The notes under the pieces were generated by a model. That model was not told the origin of the DNA and made no database searches. It worked only from the letters and a program-made list of their open reading frames with translations. The position numbers and the translations under genes were made by a program. From a virus (taxonomy: Duplodnaviria > Heunggongvirae > Uroviricota > Caudoviricetes), in the IMG/VR virus record IMGVR_UViG_3300032330_001609, positions 133,975 to 197,974 of that record: a DNA stretch of 64,000 nucleotides. The stretch is one strand, 5' to 3'. This document shows, one piece after another, positions 29,699-39,012 of the stretch (position 1 is its first letter; each line of letters opens with the position of its first letter).

Positions 29699-29741
29699 AA
29701 AAATATTTTACTAATAAATAGTTTATTAAAATAATTTGTCT

Positions 29742-29749
29742 TATCTTTG
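29742..29749 (+). promoter_or_regulatory. Bacteroidota-type -7 box
   Basis: ttgtcttatctttgc before 29778. Confidence 0.5.
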
Positions 29750-29777
29750 CTTTCAGATTATCAAAAGAATATGTGTT

Positions 29778-30518
29778 ATGAATTATTATCCTTCAAATCG
29801 GATGAGTGCTGATTCTCCTAATGATAGGAAAACAAGGGCGTTAAATAAATTGATATATGGTTTGTTCAGAAAAGATATACTATCTGAAAATTCCACATTA
29901 AGAGCATTGTATGTTGTTAAAAGTTACACCGGTTGTTATACTATTGTGTTTGAGATGGATGGTGAATATCGTAGTGATGATATTTTGAATTGGATTATAA
30001 TCTCAACTGTTGATAAGATATTAGAATGGTGGGATATCACCGACAGTTATAATTTAGATGTTGAATATGTAACTCGTGGTAGAAGACCAATCAATAAAAA
30101 TTACTTTGAGTTGATGTTCCATTCCTATATTAAGAATAGTAATAAAGGTTATAGTCGTGACGGTGTGGATAATTTCCATCCAAGATTTACAAAAATGTGT
30201 CGTTGGATGCACTATCATAAACCACAAGAATATCAGTCGGCAATAAATAGAACGTATGACCCGTATAGATACAGAGAAAACCACCAAGCTCAGCAGTTGG
30301 CTCAACAAAGAGCTCAATTTGGTGAATTAGACCATCCGGGATATGGTCAGTTACAACAACGAGGAATACAACAAGGTTATTATAATTATGATATTGATAA
30401 TCTACGAGAACAAAGTAGACAACAACGAATGATGTTGGAATTGGAAGGAAGACGAAGTGAACCGATAGTTGAAAGGGTTTCTTCAATAAACAGATTAAGA
30501 AAATTATTAAAAATTTAG
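29778..30518 (+). CDS. hypothetical Q-rich protein
   Basis: The ORF-track TTG start lies inside the promoter box, so the first in-frame ATG at 29778 was used. Confidence 0.55.
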   Translation: MNYYPSNRMSADSPNDRKTRALNKLIYGLFRKDILSENSTLRALYVVKSYTGCYTIVFEMDGEYRSDDILNWIIISTVDKILEWWDITDSYNLDVEYVTRGRRPINKNYFELMFHSYIKNSNKGYSRDGVDNFHPRFTKMCRWMHYHKPQEYQSAINRTYDPYRYRENHQAQQLAQQRAQFGELDHPGYGQLQQRGIQQGYYNYDIDNLREQSRQQRMMLELEGRRSEPIVERVSSINRLRKLLKI

Positions 30519-30521
30519 ATT

Positions 30522-30731
30522 ATGCAAACATTAGTGTTTAATAGCACAACAAAGAGAGTTCAATTGTGGTCAGGTTCAAGAGGAGATTCAAAAGTATTAG
30601 AAACTTTTGATGATGTCCCAACCGTAAAAGTGGAAAATGGGTATTACGAAGTAATGCAAAAAACAGAAACAGGTGTAGTGCCTGTGTTAAGAGTACCAAT
30701 GGCGAATACAAATATGTTAATTTTGAAATAA
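30522..30731 (+). CDS. hypothetical small protein
   Basis: 69 aa. Confidence 0.4.
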   Translation: MQTLVFNSTTKRVQLWSGSRGDSKVLETFDDVPTVKVENGYYEVMQKTETGVVPVLRVPMANTNMLILK

Positions 30732-30732
30732 T

Positions 30733-31299
30733 ATGAACTATGTAGATTGGTGTATAGAACAACACCGTAAAACAAATCATTATTACGACAGATATCTGCC
30801 GTATGAATTTCACCTACGAATGGTGAATAACGTGTGTGAGGACTTTCAACATCTATTGGATGGAGAATTTGAAATGAAGACCGGTGACAAAGTCAGTCAT
30901 CCACCATTTCAAATCACATTAAGAGACGCTTGTCGTAGAGCTACTTGGGGTCACGATTTAATTGAGGATACAAGAGTGTCTTACAACGATGTTAAAACTG
31001 AATTGGGTGAAGAAGCTGCTGATATTATCTACGCAGTTACCAATGATAAAGGTAAGAATCGTAAAGAAAGAGCTGGAGACAAATACTACGAAGGTATTAG
31101 AAATACTCCGGGAGCTGTGTTTGTGAAACTATGTGATAGAATTGCAAACGTTCAGTATGGTAAGATGACTAAATCTCGTATGTTTGAGATGTATAAAAAA
31201 GAAAACCCTGAGTTCATCCGTCAGTTGGGATATGATATGAACGAACATAATGTATATGGGGATATGTTCCATTATTTGAATAATTTATTTAGAGATTAA
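30733..31299 (+). CDS. HD-domain phosphohydrolase
   Basis: H...GHDLIEDT metal-binding motifs. Confidence 0.75.
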   Translation: MNYVDWCIEQHRKTNHYYDRYLPYEFHLRMVNNVCEDFQHLLDGEFEMKTGDKVSHPPFQITLRDACRRATWGHDLIEDTRVSYNDVKTELGEEAADIIYAVTNDKGKNRKERAGDKYYEGIRNTPGAVFVKLCDRIANVQYGKMTKSRMFEMYKKENPEFIRQLGYDMNEHNVYGDMFHYLNNLFRD

Positions 31300-31303
31300 A
31301 AGT

Positions 31304-31540
31304 ATGAAAAGTTTATTGAAGTTTTTAGGAGTACTAGTAGTATTCTTTGTTTGGGTTGAATTGGTTAATTTATCATTCTACCTTATGACCTTAGCCGACA
31401 CCTTTGTTTTTTATGGGGGATTCTTATTGTTGGCGTTAATTACGGTTGGCCCAATCCTTTATTTTGGGGACAACATTGCAATGTTTTTGAAGAATATGAA
31501 AGGTGTATTCTTTGATAAAGAAAAAAAAGATGAAAAATAA
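31304..31540 (+). CDS. small membrane protein
   Basis: Two TM segments. Confidence 0.45.
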   Translation: MKSLLKFLGVLVVFFVWVELVNLSFYLMTLADTFVFYGGFLLLALITVGPILYFGDNIAMFLKNMKGVFFDKEKKDEK

Positions 31541-31563
31541 TTTGGAGATATAAAATAAAGTAT

Positions 31564-31571
31564 TATCTTTG
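31564..31571 (+). promoter_or_regulatory. Bacteroidota-type -7 box
   Basis: aaagtattatctttgtatcc before 31611. Confidence 0.55.
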
Positions 31572-31610
31572 TATCCAATTAAAATATTAATAATTAAAAA
31601 AGTAAAAAAA

Positions 31611-32450
31611 ATGAAGAAAATTTTAGTAATTGCTGGTGTAGTATTGTTATTTTTAACAATGTTCAATTCGTGTGACGTTATTAACGCAGGACACGTGGGG
31701 GTGAAAGTTGATATGTATGGTTCCGGTAAAGGAGTTCAGAACGTAACGGCTTGTACAGGATGGGTATTTTATAACCCAATCACAACAAAGGTTTATGAGT
31801 TCCCAACTTATATCCAACACAAAGAGTATAAGAAAACTGAAGATGGGGACAACTCCTTCACGGTTAACACAAAAGATGGTTCTGAGTTCAGAGTATCTCC
31901 AATCTTAAACTACTCTGTTAATCCGGATAAAGCACCTCAGATTTTTGCGAAGTATAGACGAACATTACCTGAGTTGGAGGAAGGATTCTTAAAGACTGCT
32001 ATTTATGACGCATTCCGATTGGCGACCAATAACTATACTGCTGAGGAATTGATATCTAATAGAGCAGCATTTGAGGTTAAGGTTAGAGGTTTGTTAGAAT
32101 CTCAGATAACTAAAGAAGGGTTTATTGTGAACCAATTTACATCTAACTTGGAATACCCAACATCATTCAAAAACGCAATCAACGCTAAGAACAACGCGGT
32201 ACAGGCGGCACTTACGGCTGAGAACCAAGTGAAGACTGCTGAGGCACAGGCTAAGATTAAAGTGGCGACAGCACAAGGTAACGCTGAGGCATTGTTAACC
32301 AACGCTAAGGCTGAGGCTGAATCAAACAGATTGAGACAACAAACTCTTACACCTATGTTGTTACAACAAAAATGGATTGAGAAATGGGATGGAGCACTTC
32401 CAACCACTCAATTGGCATCCGGGGCAAACACTATGTACGGATTAAAATAG
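31611..32450 (+). CDS. SPFH/band-7 (prohibitin/HflC-like) membrane protein
   Basis: N-terminal TM segment, an SPFH core and an A/Q-rich coiled-coil C-terminus. The ORF-track start lay inside the promoter, so the first ATG at 31611 was used. Confidence 0.75.
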   Translation: MKKILVIAGVVLLFLTMFNSCDVINAGHVGVKVDMYGSGKGVQNVTACTGWVFYNPITTKVYEFPTYIQHKEYKKTEDGDNSFTVNTKDGSEFRVSPILNYSVNPDKAPQIFAKYRRTLPELEEGFLKTAIYDAFRLATNNYTAEELISNRAAFEVKVRGLLESQITKEGFIVNQFTSNLEYPTSFKNAINAKNNAVQAALTAENQVKTAEAQAKIKVATAQGNAEALLTNAKAEAESNRLRQQTLTPMLLQQKWIEKWDGALPTTQLASGANTMYGLK

Positions 32451-32454
32451 TATA

Positions 32455-32580
32455 AACAAACAATCGTTGATTGACGTATATCGGGGTTAGGTGATGAGAG
32501 AACTGCAGTGGGCTGCTGCACTACACATTAAGAATGAACACGATATTGAAAAAGGAGAACTTAGCACAACGATTTAATTA
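32455..32580 (+). ncRNA. candidate structured RNA / 3'UTR element
   Basis: A GC-richer island closed by aatcgttg ... caacgatt, with an internal tgcag...ctgca hairpin. Confidence 0.25.
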
Positions 32581-32592
32581 AAAAAAGAAAAG

Positions 32593-32958
32593 ATGATATT
32601 ATTAGTATTATTATTAGGGGTCTTATTATTCGTAGGGATTTTATGGGACACAATTGGAATGAGTGTTGTTGGATTTCCAATATCAGATGAGAAAATCTTA
32701 AAGTTCCTTGAGGAAATTAAGAATAATAATCCACAAGATGAAGGTTATGATAGTGAATTTAGTAAATCGATTTCACATATGTATAAAACAAAGATTCTTG
32801 ATGAGACTTTGGTTTACACTTTTGGTAAACCATATATATCAAAAGGAATTAAAGGTATTTGTTACAAATGGTATGTTGATGGATTAGGTGCGGTACCAAG
32901 ATGGTATAAATCACACTCGGAGATTGAAAAATTGTATAACGAATTAAAATATAATTAA
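32593..32958 (+). CDS. membrane-anchored small protein (paralog A)
   Basis: TM N-terminus; C-terminus ...WY(K)S(H)SEI(E)KLY.EL shared with the next gene. Confidence 0.5.
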   Translation: MILLVLLLGVLLFVGILWDTIGMSVVGFPISDEKILKFLEEIKNNNPQDEGYDSEFSKSISHMYKTKILDETLVYTFGKPYISKGIKGICYKWYVDGLGAVPRWYKSHSEIEKLYNELKYN

Positions 32959-32960
32959 TT

Positions 32961-33317
32961 ATGGGTTTATTATTAATAGTAATGTTGATTTTTGGTTTAA
33001 TACTTTTTATAGGATTGGAGTTAGTAAACATTAACGTATGTGGATTTCCGCCAAAAGATGAAGATGTTTTAGAATTCATTGAGAAAGTAAGAAAGAGTAA
33101 TCCACGTCTAACGGACGGTGCTAAACCGGATAGTATGATTTGGTCAAGTGGTAACCCATACATTTCAAATAGTTTAAGTACTTGTTTGTTTGGGTGTTAT
33201 ATTAATGATGTGGGTACAATACCAAAATGGTATAAGTCGTATGGTGAGATTCAAAAACTATACACAGAGTTGGGTGCAAAAAGTGGTAAAACAAAAAGAG
33301 AAATATTAGGATTATGA
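32961..33317 (+). CDS. membrane-anchored small protein (paralog B)
   Basis: Tandem paralog of 32593..32958. Confidence 0.5.
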   Translation: MGLLLIVMLIFGLILFIGLELVNINVCGFPPKDEDVLEFIEKVRKSNPRLTDGAKPDSMIWSSGNPYISNSLSTCLFGCYINDVGTIPKWYKSYGEIQKLYTELGAKSGKTKREILGL

Positions 33318-33877
33318 AATTAAATAAAAATTCGGTTACTTCAAGGTTATATAAATGGTTTTATGGTGTTAGTGAATGGCAAGGATTACCAAACAACTTG
33401 TGTCCTTACTTTTGGAAAGTAGTGTTGATGTATTTAACATTCATTCCATACGTGTTATTCTCAATCCCGGTGGTTGTTTATGATTTGTTTGATAAAAATT
33501 ATGACAATGGAGATAGAAAGACCGGTGAAAGATTAGGTGTTAGTGTTGGTGTTTACATTGCATTGTTTGCTGTTGCAGCTTTAATCTCGGCAATACTTGC
33601 CTTATTCATCAAAGTTGAAAAACACACTTTATTTGAATTTTTGGTTGTTGGTGGAAGTTTATTTTGGGCTGCATTGGTTGTGTTTGGAATCATTGAAGGT
33701 GTGAAATATTTGAGAGAATATTCAACCACTGATGAGTCTTATTTTTCTGAAACAGAAAATAAATGGGTTATTAAGAAAGCCAAAGTTAATATGACCACAG
33801 AATTCATCAAAGCAAAATACAACAAGTATTGCCCAAAGATTGATTGGGTTGGTAACGATAATGACTCACGAGGTTAA
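33314..33877 (+). CDS. polytopic membrane protein
   Basis: Four hydrophobic segments. Confidence 0.5.
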   Translation: MKLNKNSVTSRLYKWFYGVSEWQGLPNNLCPYFWKVVLMYLTFIPYVLFSIPVVVYDLFDKNYDNGDRKTGERLGVSVGVYIALFAVAALISAILALFIKVEKHTLFEFLVVGGSLFWAALVVFGIIEGVKYLREYSTTDESYFSETENKWVIKKAKVNMTTEFIKAKYNKYCPKIDWVGNDNDSRG

Positions 33878-34175
33878 TTACTTCAAAAGGATATTAAAAT
33901 ATAAATGTCCCTCACTTTATGATAAAGTAGGTATTAGTGTTTCAATTTCCTCTGACTATGAACAATCTTTAGGGAGGGATGGAATAATGAGAGCCGAACT
34001 TAATTATCATTCATCAAAACAAGAAGTTGTAATAACCTTTCCTAATTTAGGTGGATTGTATTATGATGTGAGTTTTTTGATTAAATTTGTTTGGGGTACG
34101 GATGACGTAGTTGCCACATTTGATTATTCAGGAACCAATACTTTCAATTTTACAACAAAATATAAAACCCTCTGA
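33840..34175 (+). CDS. hypothetical protein
   Basis: 111 aa. Confidence 0.4.
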   Translation: MIGLVTIMTHEVNYFKRILKYKCPSLYDKVGISVSISSDYEQSLGRDGIMRAELNYHSSKQEVVITFPNLGGLYYDVSFLIKFVWGTDDVVATFDYSGTNTFNFTTKYKTL

Positions 34176-34191
34176 TGAGGGTTTTTTTATA
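34163..34191. terminator. bidirectional terminator
   Basis: aaaaccctc-tgatg-agggtttttt. Confidence 0.65.
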
Positions 34192-34771
34192 TTTTATACT
34201 TTGTAAAGTCGGTTGATAATGGTTTTTCATTTTTGAAGTAGTATACTTCTGTAACACCATCATACTTTATTGTTTTTCTGTAAGCAGTTGGGACAGTTGC
34301 TCCGGATGGTAACTTAATTGATTTTGGACCAAAGATACATCTGATTTCAACCTGAACTACTTTATGTGTTTTTGCTAGTTCTCTTTCTCTTACCTCAAGT
34401 AATCTCCACGTTGTTCTATTGAGGTTCTCTTGTTGTAGGGAACAGTTCAGATAAGTGAATGTTTTGAATAGAGTTTCTTTATCACAATTAAAATCAGCTG
34501 CAGGTGCTAAATGACCTTTGTCGTAAGGATTTTTTTCATAATCTTTAGCATCAGATGTTTTAATTGTTTTGTCAACATAAAAATCCATTCCGGTTCTTGA
34601 TGCGGTTCCATTTGGACATTGAACGGTATAACGAATGAATTTAGGTTGTTCCAACTTCTCTGAGTATACAATCTCAAACATTGGAGTTTTAACCACAATA
34701 CTATCTCTCAACACTTGTGAGAATGATGTGAATGTGGTTAAAGTAATTAGTAATAATAAAATGTTTTTCAT
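34187..34771 (-). CDS. secreted DNA/RNA non-specific endonuclease (Serratia NUC family)
   Basis: Signal peptide plus the DKGHLAP active-site motif (DRGH family). Confidence 0.75.
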   Translation of the reverse strand: MKNILLLLITLTTFTSFSQVLRDSIVVKTPMFEIVYSEKLEQPKFIRYTVQCPNGTASRTGMDFYVDKTIKTSDAKDYEKNPYDKGHLAPAADFNCDKETLFKTFTYLNCSLQQENLNRTTWRLLEVRERELAKTHKVVQVEIRCIFGPKSIKLPSGATVPTAYRKTIKYDGVTEVYYFKNEKPLSTDFTKYKI

Positions 34772-34815
34772 AAATAATGTTTTACAATAAATATCCGTAT
34801 CAAAAATTTACTTCC

Positions 34816-34829
34816 GGTATATTTATAGG
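34816..34829 (+). promoter_or_regulatory. GATATTTAT-class motif
   Basis: ggtatatttatagg directly before the ATG at 34831. Confidence 0.4.
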
Positions 34830-34830
34830 T

Positions 34831-35541
34831 ATGAGTTTAAGTAAAGATTTAACAATAGTAATACCCTGTAAAAACGAGGGTTTAATCATAAAGAGAACTT
34901 TAGGATTATTAAACTTGCAAAACAATATCAAAGGTGTAAATGTAATGGTTGCCGATTCTTCAACAGATGATGGATTTACACAAAAATGTATTCTTAATCC
35001 AAGCTATAACAATATTAAAGTAAAAATGGTTAAAGGTGGATTTCCTGCTGAAGCCAGAAACAATGGAACCAAAAAAATAAAAACACCTTATGTTTTATTC
35101 TTGGATGCTGACATATACCTGAATGATTATAATTTATTAAATGAAATGGTTGAGGTAATGAAAAAAAATGATTATCATTTATCCACGGTTAAAATGAGAA
35201 CTGATGATGGTGACTACAATTATGTATATAAATCATTTGATGTTATCCAATATCTAACCAAGTTCTCCACACCATTTGCGGTCGGAGGATTTATGTTATT
35301 TAATTTAGAGGTATTCAATTCATTGGGAGGATTTAATCCGGATGATAAGTTTGCCGAGGATTATCATTTAAGTTCAAAGATAAACCCAAATAAGTTTTAT
35401 GTGGCAGACAAAATTGTTTATACCACATCAAGACGATTCAAGAACAAAGGTTTATTCTATATGGTTAAGATGATGATTAAATCTTGGTTTAATAGAAACA
35501 ACGATGAGTTCTTCACAAAGGAACATAATTACTGGACATAA
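34831..35541 (+). CDS. glycosyltransferase family 2
   Basis: IVIPCKNEG...DSSTDDG...LDAD; start trimmed to the ATG preceded by GGTATATTTATAGG. Confidence 0.7.
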   Translation: MSLSKDLTIVIPCKNEGLIIKRTLGLLNLQNNIKGVNVMVADSSTDDGFTQKCILNPSYNNIKVKMVKGGFPAEARNNGTKKIKTPYVLFLDADIYLNDYNLLNEMVEVMKKNDYHLSTVKMRTDDGDYNYVYKSFDVIQYLTKFSTPFAVGGFMLFNLEVFNSLGGFNPDDKFAEDYHLSSKINPNKFYVADKIVYTTSRRFKNKGLFYMVKMMIKSWFNRNNDEFFTKEHNYWT

Positions 35542-36260
35542 TGAAATACAAAACAATAATTCTATCAGACATTCACTTGGGTTCCAAATCAAGTAGAGCA
35601 AACGATGTTATAGAATTTCTTGAAAAGAACACCACAGAGACCTTAATATTAAATGGGGATATCGTTGATGGTTGGGCTCTAAAAAGAGGTGGGAAATGGA
35701 AAGAAAGTCACACCAAAGTATTGAGAAAGATAATGAAGATGAGCGAGAAGGGTGTGAACGTTATTTGGCTCAGAGGAAATCACGATGAGTTCCTAAAAGA
35801 TTTTATCCCATTCCAATTATCTAATCTAACAATCACAGAGGATTATACCTTCACATCCCTTGATGGTCGTAAGATGTATGTGTTTCACGGAGATGTGTTG
35901 GATGTGTTCATTACCAAAGCAAAATGGTTGGCTCACATTGGTTCAATAGGTTATGACTTAGCATTATGGATGAATAGAGTTTACAACAAATATCGTGAGA
36001 TGAGAGGGTTACCTTATTATTCCATCTCCAAAGATATTAAAAATGGTGTTAAGAAAGCCGTTAACTTTATAAATGATTTTGAACACAACGCAATATTATT
36101 AACTTACAAAAAAGGTTGTGATGTTGCCGTTTGTGGTCACATTCATCAACCGGAGTTAAAAGACAACTATATGAATAGTGGGGATTGGTGTGAAAACTGT
36201 ACCGCTCTTGTTGAAACAAAAAAAGGTGAATGGAAAGTAATTGAATTCCACAAAAAATAA
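35541..36260 (+). CDS. calcineurin-like metallophosphoesterase
   Basis: SDIHLG, NGDIVDGW, RGNHDE and GHIHQP motifs. Confidence 0.8.
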   Translation: MKYKTIILSDIHLGSKSSRANDVIEFLEKNTTETLILNGDIVDGWALKRGGKWKESHTKVLRKIMKMSEKGVNVIWLRGNHDEFLKDFIPFQLSNLTITEDYTFTSLDGRKMYVFHGDVLDVFITKAKWLAHIGSIGYDLALWMNRVYNKYREMRGLPYYSISKDIKNGVKKAVNFINDFEHNAILLTYKKGCDVAVCGHIHQPELKDNYMNSGDWCENCTALVETKKGEWKVIEFHKK

Positions 36261-36290
36261 ATCCGGGTATTGATAATCCGGATTTTTTAT
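36259..36290 (+). terminator. rho-independent terminator
   Basis: atccgg...ccggat followed by T6. Confidence 0.65.
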
Positions 36291-36304
36291 TTTATATTTG
36301 TGAA

Positions 36305-36451
36305 ATGAGTAGTTTAAGAAATTTTATAGTTAAAAGAAAATACGATTTACTATCTGTTTGTAGTATTATTTTGATGCTATTTGTTAACGTATTATTTGCA
36401 ATCCCGGCAATTGTTTTTCTTATGATAGATATTAGTAAATCGGAACACTAA
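36305..36451 (+). CDS. small membrane protein (48 aa)
   Basis: Translated by hand; TAATG overlap with the next gene. Confidence 0.35.
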   Translation: MSSLRNFIVKRKYDLLSVCSIILMLFVNVLFAIPAIVFLMIDISKSEH

Positions 36452-36960
36452 TGGGAAAGTTATTACCCGTACCATATCCCGGACAATCTATGGATGAATA
36501 CCGGGAACAATTAGTTAACTTCCAAAATAACTATTGGAGTTTCTTAAAACCATCCAAAGGTGGAAGTAAGTTCATCCCTTCACCACCATTAACATTAATC
36601 AAAAAAACAAAAGAAATGAGTTCAAGAAAATTAAGCGAACACGTCGAACAAGAATTATTCGACAAAGAAAAAAGAGTTATACCAAGTGTTTCACCTGAAT
36701 ATAGAGTGAAGTTAAACGAAGGAGTTGACCCTAAAAAAGTTATAAAAACAACACCTAAGATTGTAAAAGAATCTGTGTTGGGTTCAGTTGAGGACAAACC
36801 GGTTAAAAAGAAAAAACCATACTACAGAAAAAAATATAACAAACCAAAACCTGTTGAGGTTATTATTCCTGAACCGGTGAATCAACATTTATTCGTTAAA
36901 GGATTAATTGTTGGTAGTGTATTAACAGCAATTATTTGTCACATTATTTATTCAATCTAA
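36451..36960 (+). CDS. K-rich protein with C-terminal TM anchor
   Basis: 169 aa. Confidence 0.5.
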   Translation: MGKLLPVPYPGQSMDEYREQLVNFQNNYWSFLKPSKGGSKFIPSPPLTLIKKTKEMSSRKLSEHVEQELFDKEKRVIPSVSPEYRVKLNEGVDPKKVIKTTPKIVKESVLGSVEDKPVKKKKPYYRKKYNKPKPVEVIIPEPVNQHLFVKGLIVGSVLTAIICHIIYSI

Positions 36961-36961
36961 A

Positions 36962-37357
36962 ATGAAAAAACTATTATTAACTCTCTTATTAGTATTAACA
37001 ACGTTAATCTCATTTGGTCAGGACAAACCATTTTATATGAGAGCGGAAACATTTGAGTTGGGGTCTAAAAACTCATCAGGTGATGTTATATGGGATGTAT
37101 CATCATTAAAATCTTGTGACATTCTAATCAAATTAGAAGAAAAAGAAGCGGTGATTTATTCAAATACCAAACAAGTGTACCACGTAATTTCTTACGATGG
37201 TAAAGAAGGTGATATCAGCAGATGGTATTGTTCAGATGATAGAGGAAGAGCCTGTAACATTTACCTTTCAAGTAGTAAAAGTCAACCCGGAAAATTGGGG
37301 TTAATTGTGGAATTTAGTGATTATTTATGGTGTTATATTTGTAACCCAACAAATTAA
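36962..37357 (+). CDS. secreted protein
   Basis: Signal peptide MKKLLLTLLLVLTTLISFG. Confidence 0.5.
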   Translation: MKKLLLTLLLVLTTLISFGQDKPFYMRAETFELGSKNSSGDVIWDVSSLKSCDILIKLEEKEAVIYSNTKQVYHVISYDGKEGDISRWYCSDDRGRACNIYLSSSKSQPGKLGLIVEFSDYLWCYICNPTN

Positions 37358-37466
37358 TAAAAATAATTCATTTATTTTAATCAATTATTGTAACAAAACA
37401 AAATTAATACATATTTATCGCAAGATAACATAATAGTTTGTCTTAATCTTTAATAAATCTAATAGA

Positions 37467-37670
37467 GTGATGTTAATTATTTTAATCCTCGTAATTTTGT
37501 TTGCATCGATAGGAATTGCATTTCATTTTATGAAAAAACAACACGAGAATGCAACTCCAAAAGTTGTTGATACACCAAAACCTGAAGTGGTTGAAGAAGA
37601 GGTTGTACCCGCACCGGTGAAGAAGAAAAGGGTGTATAAAAAAAGAGTTAAGAAAGATAAGAAAGACTAA
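37467..37670 (+). CDS. small TM protein with K-rich tail
   Basis: 67 aa. Confidence 0.4.
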   Translation: MMLIILILVILFASIGIAFHFMKKQHENATPKVVDTPKPEVVEEEVVPAPVKKKRVYKKRVKKDKKD

Positions 37671-37965
37671 TGGAACTACAAGACCCTGTTGGACCAGGAT
37701 ACTTTATGTTTGCCCTTGTTGGGTTTATGTGTTTGGTTGTTATTATTGATATAATAAAAGATGAGATTAAAAAAACTAAAAATAAAAGTTAAATTATTAT
37801 TTGTGTTCTTCGGATGGTGTATATCAGATATCCGAGAGAACTATCAAGATATGAAATCTCGTTATTATATAGAAACTGACCCGGAATTATTAGAAGCTCA
37901 CGAATATATTAAAGAATTGATGAAATCAAAATGAATATTAAACGAGAGTAAAAAAGTGTAAAATT

Positions 37966-37973
37966 TACCTTTG
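37966..37973 (+). promoter_or_regulatory. Bacteroidota-type -7 box (TACCTTTG)
   Basis: Followed by a hairpin leader before 38060. Confidence 0.4.
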
Positions 37974-38043
37974 TATTATTTTGGAGAGTAAAAAATTGAA
38001 ATAATTACCCTCGTTCAAAAGACGGGGGTAACTTTTGCCCTCG

Positions 38044-38058
38044 TGTTATATTTATAGA
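38044..38058 (+). promoter_or_regulatory. GATATTTAT-class motif
   Basis: gttatatttatagat before 38060. Confidence 0.45.
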
Positions 38059-38059
38059 T

Positions 38060-38437
38060 ATGGATATTAAAATTAGTGAAGATAAATTAGAAAAGATAAT
38101 CGATACCATAGTTAATGGAATTGGTGTTGATAAGTATGATTCTTTTCAATCAAGAATGGGTAGTAAGTTATCATATGTTGAATTTTTAACACCGGGAAAT
38201 AGACTTAATACAATTTCAAGATATTATCCTGAGATAAATTTAGTTGCGGTTAATGATGAAAAATTATATGATTTGATTAGTGTGTGGGTTGGGTCACCTA
38301 ATTTGTATAACACTATTAAAGATGAGGTTATCAAACGAATTTATAAAAAGTATACTGATAGATTTAGAAGGTATGTTGAAAACGGAAACATCCGGACAAT
38401 AAAATATATGAGTGACGAAGACTTCAATAAGAAGTAA
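38060..38437 (+). CDS. hypothetical protein (MDIKISEDKLEKI, family-like N-terminus)
   Basis: 125 aa; host-type TACCTTTG, a hairpin leader and TATATTTATAG all lie upstream. Confidence 0.5.
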   Translation: MDIKISEDKLEKIIDTIVNGIGVDKYDSFQSRMGSKLSYVEFLTPGNRLNTISRYYPEINLVAVNDEKLYDLISVWVGSPNLYNTIKDEVIKRIYKKYTDRFRRYVENGNIRTIKYMSDEDFNKK

Positions 38438-38444
38438 AAAAATA

Positions 38445-38475
38445 TAAGGAACTATTTGGTAGTTCCTTTTTTTAT
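38445..38475 (+). terminator. rho-independent terminator
   Basis: aaggaact-atttggt-agttcctt followed by T7. Confidence 0.65.
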
Positions 38476-38490
38476 GCTTACTTTTGTCAA

Positions 38491-38991
38491 ATGGAAATAG
38501 ATTTTACAAAATACTCGGTAGAAGAATTAAGAGAACTTCAAAACAGCATAGGCAATTACTTACACGATATGAACGATGGGTTTATATATATCTGTGAGGT
38601 TAGGTCGTATGGTAATAGATGGAAGAATGTGTTAACCAACGAACTTTCTGTTAATGATTTGTGTATTGAGTACGATGGTTACGATGGTATCGTGGATGTG
38701 TATACAACCAATCCGGATGCTAAGATTAGTAACTATGGTGAGGTTAATTATATCAAATCTGTTGAGGATTATGATAAATGGAAAGAATCCAAAAGTTTAA
38801 TGGATTTGATTAAATCTACCGAGAAGGAACTAAAAGAATGGGAAAATAGAGAGAATATTCCTTTCCATTCAAGACCATCTTTTGCTCCGGTATACACTCA
38901 AAAGGAAATTGACGTGTTAAAAAGTAAATTAGAAACCATTGGTGAGTATGAAGAACCTACATCAATAAAACAACAAGAAGAATACGAATAA
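38491..38991 (+). CDS. hypothetical protein
   Basis: 166 aa. Confidence 0.5.
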   Translation: MEIDFTKYSVEELRELQNSIGNYLHDMNDGFIYICEVRSYGNRWKNVLTNELSVNDLCIEYDGYDGIVDVYTTNPDAKISNYGEVNYIKSVEDYDKWKESKSLMDLIKSTEKELKEWENRENIPFHSRPSFAPVYTQKEIDVLKSKLETIGEYEEPTSIKQQEEYE

Positions 38992-39012
38992 ATTAAAAAA
39001 ATCAATAAAGTA

